A stretch of 63,870 bases of DNA, counting the filler, from Vannella sp. (lineage: Eukaryota), in the NCBI GenBank assembly GCA_023345925.1. It is 8 parts of 8 records of this genome, joined end to end, with 100 filler letters (N's around TTAATTAATTAA, not from the genome) between each part and the next. Parts side by side here need not be neighbours in the genome. Positions count along the whole stretch, not along the records: positions 58,086 to 63,870 come from JAJQQN010000816.1; 7 more parts are not named here. One strand, given 5' to 3'. Positions 58,477-63,870 of this stretch are shown here, in pieces; the first letter of the stretch is position 1, and each line of letters starts with the position of its first letter. A model generated the notes under the pieces. It had not been told where the DNA came from and did not search any database. It was given only the letters and a program-made list of their open reading frames with translations. Both the position numbers and the translations under genes were made by a program.

Positions 58477-58627
58477 CCACTAAAAGCGAATGCAATAGAA
58501 AGTAACAGACGGGAGTTTGAGCACTTTTTGTTGGACTTGAGGGAAGGGCATGTCTCAAGCTTTTGCCACAGCTGCTTACAGGTGCTTTGAATGGAGCTGC
58601 TGATAGGAGAGACTGATAAGAGATAGG

Positions 58628-59456
58628 ATGCACGCGTACATGATCCCTTGTTTGGGAGCTGGAGCATTGGTGGGAGGGATTGGGGCGGTCTGGCTTCTTG
58701 TGAAGAAGAAGGACCGCGTCCTCCTCTACCTTCCAAGCATTTACATCGGTCTCATTGCCTTCCAGTTGGTGCGTACACTTGTGAAGGAGCGAACCCTTCT
58801 CATTCTTACTGCGGGCAGTTCTCCTCCTTGGTGTGGCTCATCAACCCCTCCACTTGGCTCTTTTCCACTCAACTGGCCTTCACTGGAGCCATAGGCTTCT
58901 ACTCGTACCTGAACTTTCAACAAGAATGGATCCTCTACGTGAGTCAAGTGCCTCTCCCTCATTCTCCTTCCCTTCTCACGCCAAGAGGGCCTTATGATAG
59001 TACTCTGCCATGAGCGCGTTCAACCTCTTTGCTATTTGTGGTCGCCTGCCGTTCCTGGGCTTCAGCATTGCGCTCTACAACGCACTGGACGGCAATGTCG
59101 CCACACAAAACGTGTGCACAAGGTCAGTTCGCTGCTCCCTTCGCTGCTCTCTATTGAAAGGCTCGCAGCTGGTTCCAACTTCTATCGTACAACGCTCCCC
59201 TGTGTTCCGGATACATCACATTCCTTCGAGTTCTGGCCTTCTTCCTCATTTACGCAACGGTGAGTCCTTCAGTGGCCCTGATAGCCTAAAGTTCAGTTAC
59301 TCATCTAAAGAGAAGGCATTGCAAGCCTTCATTGGGTACATCATGTACCGCCACTTCAACGAACTCCCCGCCACCATCTCCGAAGGGTCCACTTCCGCCC
59401 TCCATTCCCACTCCCCTCCCCCTTCCTACGGCTCTGGAGGATACAACGCCCAGTAG
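58628..59456 (+). CDS. Multi-pass membrane protein of unknown function (spliced)
   Basis: Several hydrophobic exons separated by gtgcgt/gtgagt/gtcagt introns; ends PPSYGSGGYNAQ*. Confidence 0.6.
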
Positions 59457-59601
59457 CTACCTCAAACAGAACAGGAATGAGCGAATCGAAGCCTCTTGAG
59501 CAGTCCTCAACGAGAAGTTTCCGTCCTCTTCAGAAAAGCCCGTTTTTGGCGCTATTTAAAGCACTTTTCGTTTTCTTTTCAGTTTTCTCATTTATTTGCT
59601 G

Positions 59602-61404
59602 ATGGCGGTGCTGGGAAGGGCGCTTCTGCTGGCTGTTGTGGTTTTGCTTTGTTCTGGGACACCAACGGGGCCTGGACTATCTCGTGGGTGGAATGAGGGA
59701 GGAGAGAGCGATTGGAGTTGACAGGGCGGGGTTGGGAAGGTTTGGGGCTTCTTGCGAGGCTGGAGTCTTTGGGATGCGGTGAGGAGAAAGTTTCAGGAGC
59801 AGCCGGCTGCTTCTTGAAGCGTACGAGCAAGGAATCAAGTATCAAATGCTCTGTCTCCTTCTCTGTTGCAGAGTCAGTGACTGCTGAGCTTCGCCGAGAG
59901 ACAAACAGCGGATCCAGCGAATTGGTTTTCGCCTTCTCCTCGTACGCTTCTTCATTCTTCCTCTTCCTTGCCTTAACGATCTCTACTTAGCTCTTCAAAC
60001 AATCAGATACCACTAACAGAGACATTCCCCCTCACAGAAGACAGCAACGACTCGGAAGAAGCCGACTTTCTATCTGGAAAGTGGTTCATCCTCGTTCGTT
60101 CCGATTCTTGTCCATCAGGAGTACTTAGAGGACAGCTGGATAGTGTACGTACACTCGATCAAGGGTTGCTGGGTGTCTAACGAGGTTGTTCCTCAGGAGA
60201 ACAACGCTTTTGCCTCTCTAGATGGGGATTCCCTTCCTTCGCCCACTAAGAGCACCGCGCAAGGACTCTCTGTATCTAACTACGACACAGAGACGGGTGT
60301 TCTGGACACTTTCTTGCAGTTTGTGTGAGCTACCAAAAGTTCTCCTCCCATTTGTTCTAATCTCGAAGGGGCAGGGTCCAGGATGAAGTGGCGGAGGTAC
60401 AGATAACATCAAGTGGGAATCCATCTCGAGGACAAAGCCGCCTTCCTGAGAAGTTCGTCTTCGCCTTCCCAGACCGAGTGTCGCCTGTTACGGGGCCTCT
60501 TCCTCTGACATCGAAGCCTGAGAGCCAGCTCTATCACCAGGAGTTCTACTATGAAGTAGTCTCAAAGACATCCCCAGTGGCGGAGATCGGCGGGAAGATC
60601 CAAATGCTGGATTCTGCTCCAGAAGCGAACTTTGCCTTTCTCTTGACTGATCTCGAGCAGAAGCCGCAGGGCTGTGCTTTACTTAGCCTTTTGTGCTCAG
60701 GAGAGGTTGAGTACATCGTTTCGTATGCTGAAACAGACCTTTCGCAGGCAGTGGTTGTCGTTAGGGACACGAACGAAGTCCTTTTTGAGCTTAACGGCCT
60801 CCGATCTCCTCTTATTGGTCGTCGGGTCCTCACTTCCGAGGAGATTAAGCTTCTGATCTCTGGTGATCTTTCCATTGTCATTAACAGTGCTTCTGGGACC
60901 GCAACAGGAAAGATTCAAGCGACATTCCCTTACTTTGCCTACTTCAGTGGGTCCCAAAGTGTCCCTCGGACCACCACGTTTGCAAGAGGATGTGCTGTCT
61001 TCAATGTGAACAAGAAATCCACCACTGTTGAGTACCACTTCTTCCACAATGCAGGAAACGCTCAGGTGGCCCTCCACCTGGGTGACTTTGGAGTATCTGG
61101 ACCTCTGATTGCCTCTCTCAGTAGCCCCTCTGGGTCGTTTGAAGTGACTGCAAGTCAGTTAGAGAGTCTGTTCCTCCAAGAGACTTATCTGGCGGTCACT
61201 GGAGAGAAGAATCTCCGCGGCCAAGTCCTCTTTGCCTCTCGCTCTTGCTTCCAAGCAGAATCTGGTGGCTTCGATGTTCTTGACCTCTTCAGCCGTGACA
61301 CCAACAACTACTACAGCACCGATCCGTACTTCTCCCTTCAAGTCGCCCCTTCCAGCACTCTCCAAGCTGCCCTTCTCTTTGCAGGCCTCCTTTGGATGTT
61401 CTGA
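59602..61404 (+). CDS. Secreted, probably GPI-anchored multi-CHRD-domain protein
   Basis: Signal peptide MAVLGRALLLAVVVLLC; CHRD-like motifs LSGKWFILVRSDSCPSGVLRGQL, FSGSQSVP..T.ARG.A, LHLGDFGVSGPLI, LRGQV; hydrophobic C-terminus; about 4 introns. Confidence 0.7.
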
Positions 61405-61463
61405 GGTGCAAGAACCCCATTCCATACACTTCTCCCTTCATTTGAAGCCTTTTCCTGGTCGCC

Positions 61464-63445
61464 ATGGCTCAGCCGCAGCAGGCGGTCGTCCATAACGCCG
61501 TGTACATGGGCTTTGAGCCTGTCTTTGTGTCGGATATAGGTGCGCAGTTGTTTGTGTTTGTTCAGGGAATCGTGGGGCTCAAGGGGGAGGGACAGAGGTG
61601 GCATTGGAGGAGGCCCGACAAGATAGCTTTGATTTTCTCGTTTGTCACCTTGCTCATCCGCAGCACAAGCGCCAGCTGTTGTTCCAACTTGTAAGAAGCT
61701 ACACTCTATCTTCTGCCTTGTCTAATGTACGTTGGGGAGGACAGTCTGAGGAGCAAACCCCGTTCACGCGTTCGGATCTCGTTCTTAACTGTCAGCAGTG
61801 GTCCTCCTTCATCGTAGGCAAGATCTCTAGCGTTCTAACTGATTCCAATCACCCAGGGACTCAAAAGCAAGCGGGTAAGGGACAGGGGAACCCGCAATAA
61901 GCAGGATAAGCTCACCTGCCCCCTCTAGACTTGACTATCTCACAGGAGGTTGCCTGGGCCTCTCATCTGAGCTTACCAGCAGTGATGTTTCCAACCCCCT
62001 TCCCTCCTTACCAGAACTTTGCTCGCATCCTCCAGCGCTCGTCGTTTCAGTTCCGGGGACAGATTTGGGTGCGTGTTCCGATGCTCTTGTCTGCAGAGGA
62101 GGATACGGGACAGACATGGGAGTGGTGGAATGCAGTACGCGTCCTCTCAGAGCACATCCCACGTGTAATGCTTGCACTGGAGATGACGGCGGACCTTCCA
62201 GATCAACGGTTCCTTGATCGTTGGTTTGGAGAGCCCATTCGGGCTCTCTTAGTACCGACAAGTATCTTCCTGGTGAATGCAAAGGGATATCCAACTCTAA
62301 GCCTGGCCCATCAACGCTGTATCCAGCGCTTCTACGGCCTGAAGCTCCAATTCATCATTACTGGGAAAACTGAATATCCCAGCCGCTATACGTTCTATCG
62401 GCAGTACTTACAGCATGTCATTGATCGTACTCCTCCTCAGAGTCCTCAGGAAGCCTTTGAGTCTCCTTTTTATGACTATTTGCAAGCGCCCTTGCAGCCT
62501 TTGAAGGACAATCTCGAGTCCCAGACCTACGAGGTGTTTGAACGTGATCCTATCAAGTACGCACAGTATCAAGAAGCTATTAGACAGGCTCTAGTCGAGC
62601 GAAATGGGTCGCACACTGTGTTAATGGTCGTTGGAGCAGGGCGGGGCCCTTTAGTTACTGCAGCACTCCAAGCAGCTTCGGATGTAGGTCACGAAGATAT
62701 GAAAGTGTATGCAGTAGAGAAGAATCCAAATGCCGTGGTCACTTTAAGGAACAAGCGAATCTACTACGGCTGGGGAGAGAAAGTCACTATTGTGGATTCT
62801 GACATGCGAGTGTGGGAAGCCCCAGAACTCGCTGACATCCTAGTTTCCGAGTTACTTGGATCATTTGGGGACAACGAACTCAGTCCCGAGTGCTTGGATG
62901 GTGCCCAGCGATTCCTAAAGGCAGATGGAATCAGTATTCCACAGAATTACACTTCTTATCTCTCCCCACTGAGCACCCCTAAGCTTTGGGGTGAAGTTCA
63001 AGCCTATCAAGATCTTGAGCACTTTGAAACGTCCTACGTGGTCAAAGTGCACAACGCATTCATCATCGCACCGCCCCAAAAAGTGTTTTTCTTTGAGCAT
63101 CCGAATCGTGCTGAGGTGAAGGACAATTCACGTTCTATCCAATTGTCTTTCAAGGCACGAGCAAACAGTTTGATGCACGGATTTGTGGGCTACTTTCACT
63201 CCACTCTGTACAAGGACGTGGCAATTAGCATTCATCCAGACACGTATTCCACGGGAATGTTCAGCTGGTTCCCCATTTACTTTCCTCTCCGCGTCCCAAT
63301 GTATGTCAAGGAGGGAGAAGAGATCTGCTTGTCCATGTGGAGAGTGTGCACAGATTCGAAAGTGTGGTATGAATGGTGCGTTACAGCACCAACCACCAAT
63401 AACGTTCACAATTGCAATGGCCGCTCTCATTGGATTGGACTCTAA
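61464..63445 (+). CDS. PRMT5: Protein arginine N-methyltransferase 5
   Basis: YLQAPLQPLKDNLESQTYEVFERD, VVGAGRGPLV, SELLGSFGDNELSPECLDG, GMFSWFPIYFP; three 5' introns. Confidence 0.96.
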
Positions 63446-63560
63446 ATGCATAAATCATCCCCTCAATGCACACTTTCGACAAAAGAATAAGTTCAGTGCG
63501 TTCCGGTTTGGTTGGTAAAGAGGAGAGGAGAAGGACTATTCTTTCTTTTGGAAAAGTTCT

Positions 63561-63870
63561 TCAATCTCTGCTCCACTCAAAGTATCGAACTCTAAAAGCT
63601 TGCTTGCCAGCAGTCGCAGCTCGACTTCGTGTTCCAGAAGGAGCTTTTTGGTTCGCTCGTAGCTTTCCTGAGGGGAGCTTAGTCTTGAGAAGAAAGAGAG
63701 AGAGAGAGAGAGAGAGAGACAGGGAGAGCAAGCGACTGACCTTCATAACATTCTCGATTTCTTTGTCGATGCGCTCTTGCATTTCAGTCCCCATTTTGTC
63801 CTTGTCCAGCCCAACGAAGCCAATGCTGCTGAGTCCAGAGTTGATGACAATCTCTTTGGCGATTGAATAG
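63561..63870 (-). CDS. 3' end of an unidentified spliced gene
   Basis: Open from the window edge (...EMQERIDKEIENVMK), then an intron containing (CT)n and a last exon ending FEWSRD*. Confidence 0.45.
   Translation of the reverse strand, partial: YSIAKEIVINSGLSSIGFVGLDKDKMGTEMQERIDKEIENVMKVSRLLSLSLSLSLSLFLLKTKLPSGKLRANQKAPSGTRSRAATAGKQAFRVRYFEWSRD
63694..63720. repeat. (AG)n microsatellite, intronic
   Basis: agagagagag... run. Confidence 0.9.

Noticed and set aside
59588..59845. Minus-strand 85-aa ORF as a gene
   Set aside because: Overlaps the signal-peptide and second exons of the plus-strand CHRD gene, which explains the region better.

Overview
This is eukaryotic (protist, probably amoebozoan-like; inference from gene content) nuclear DNA of about 50% GC. 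It is not contiguous: eight short contigs are joined by seven artificial 100-bp linkers (44 N + TTAATTAATTAA + 44 N), so adjacency across linkers means nothing. The genome is very compact, with short (~43-65 nt) GT-AG introns, intergenic gaps often under 200 bp and several tightly divergent gene pairs. About 40 protein-coding genes can be reconstructed by hand-splicing, including DXO, NEDD1, Derlin, ALDH10, Nup54, thioredoxin reductase, RalGAP-beta, ATP10, Rac, RRP42, Spt4, aprataxin, TTLL10-like, PTPMT1, DDX54, DDA1, OCRL, coronin, a TTBK-LRR fusion, S41 peptidase, RNase D, a CHRD protein and PRMT5. The most notable observations are six. (1) A selenoprotein thioredoxin reductase ends Asn-Cys-UGA(Sec)-Gly-stop, followed by a strong hairpin and a candidate non-canonical SECIS whose apical loop lacks AA. 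(2) A spliced 57-aa microprotein, absent from the ORF track, consists only of a PDCD4/SERBP1-type ribosome-binding motif. (3) A tau-tubulin kinase is fused to a BC-box plus LRRs. (4) Telo-box-like (TTTAGGG)3 tracts sit just upstream of two genes. (5) An intronless G12E/Q61K Rac without a CAAX box is flanked by ~200-bp direct repeats and a MITE-like element. (6) Several genes look bacterial-type. Exon boundaries were inferred by eye, and no tRNA, rRNA or CRISPR array was seen.
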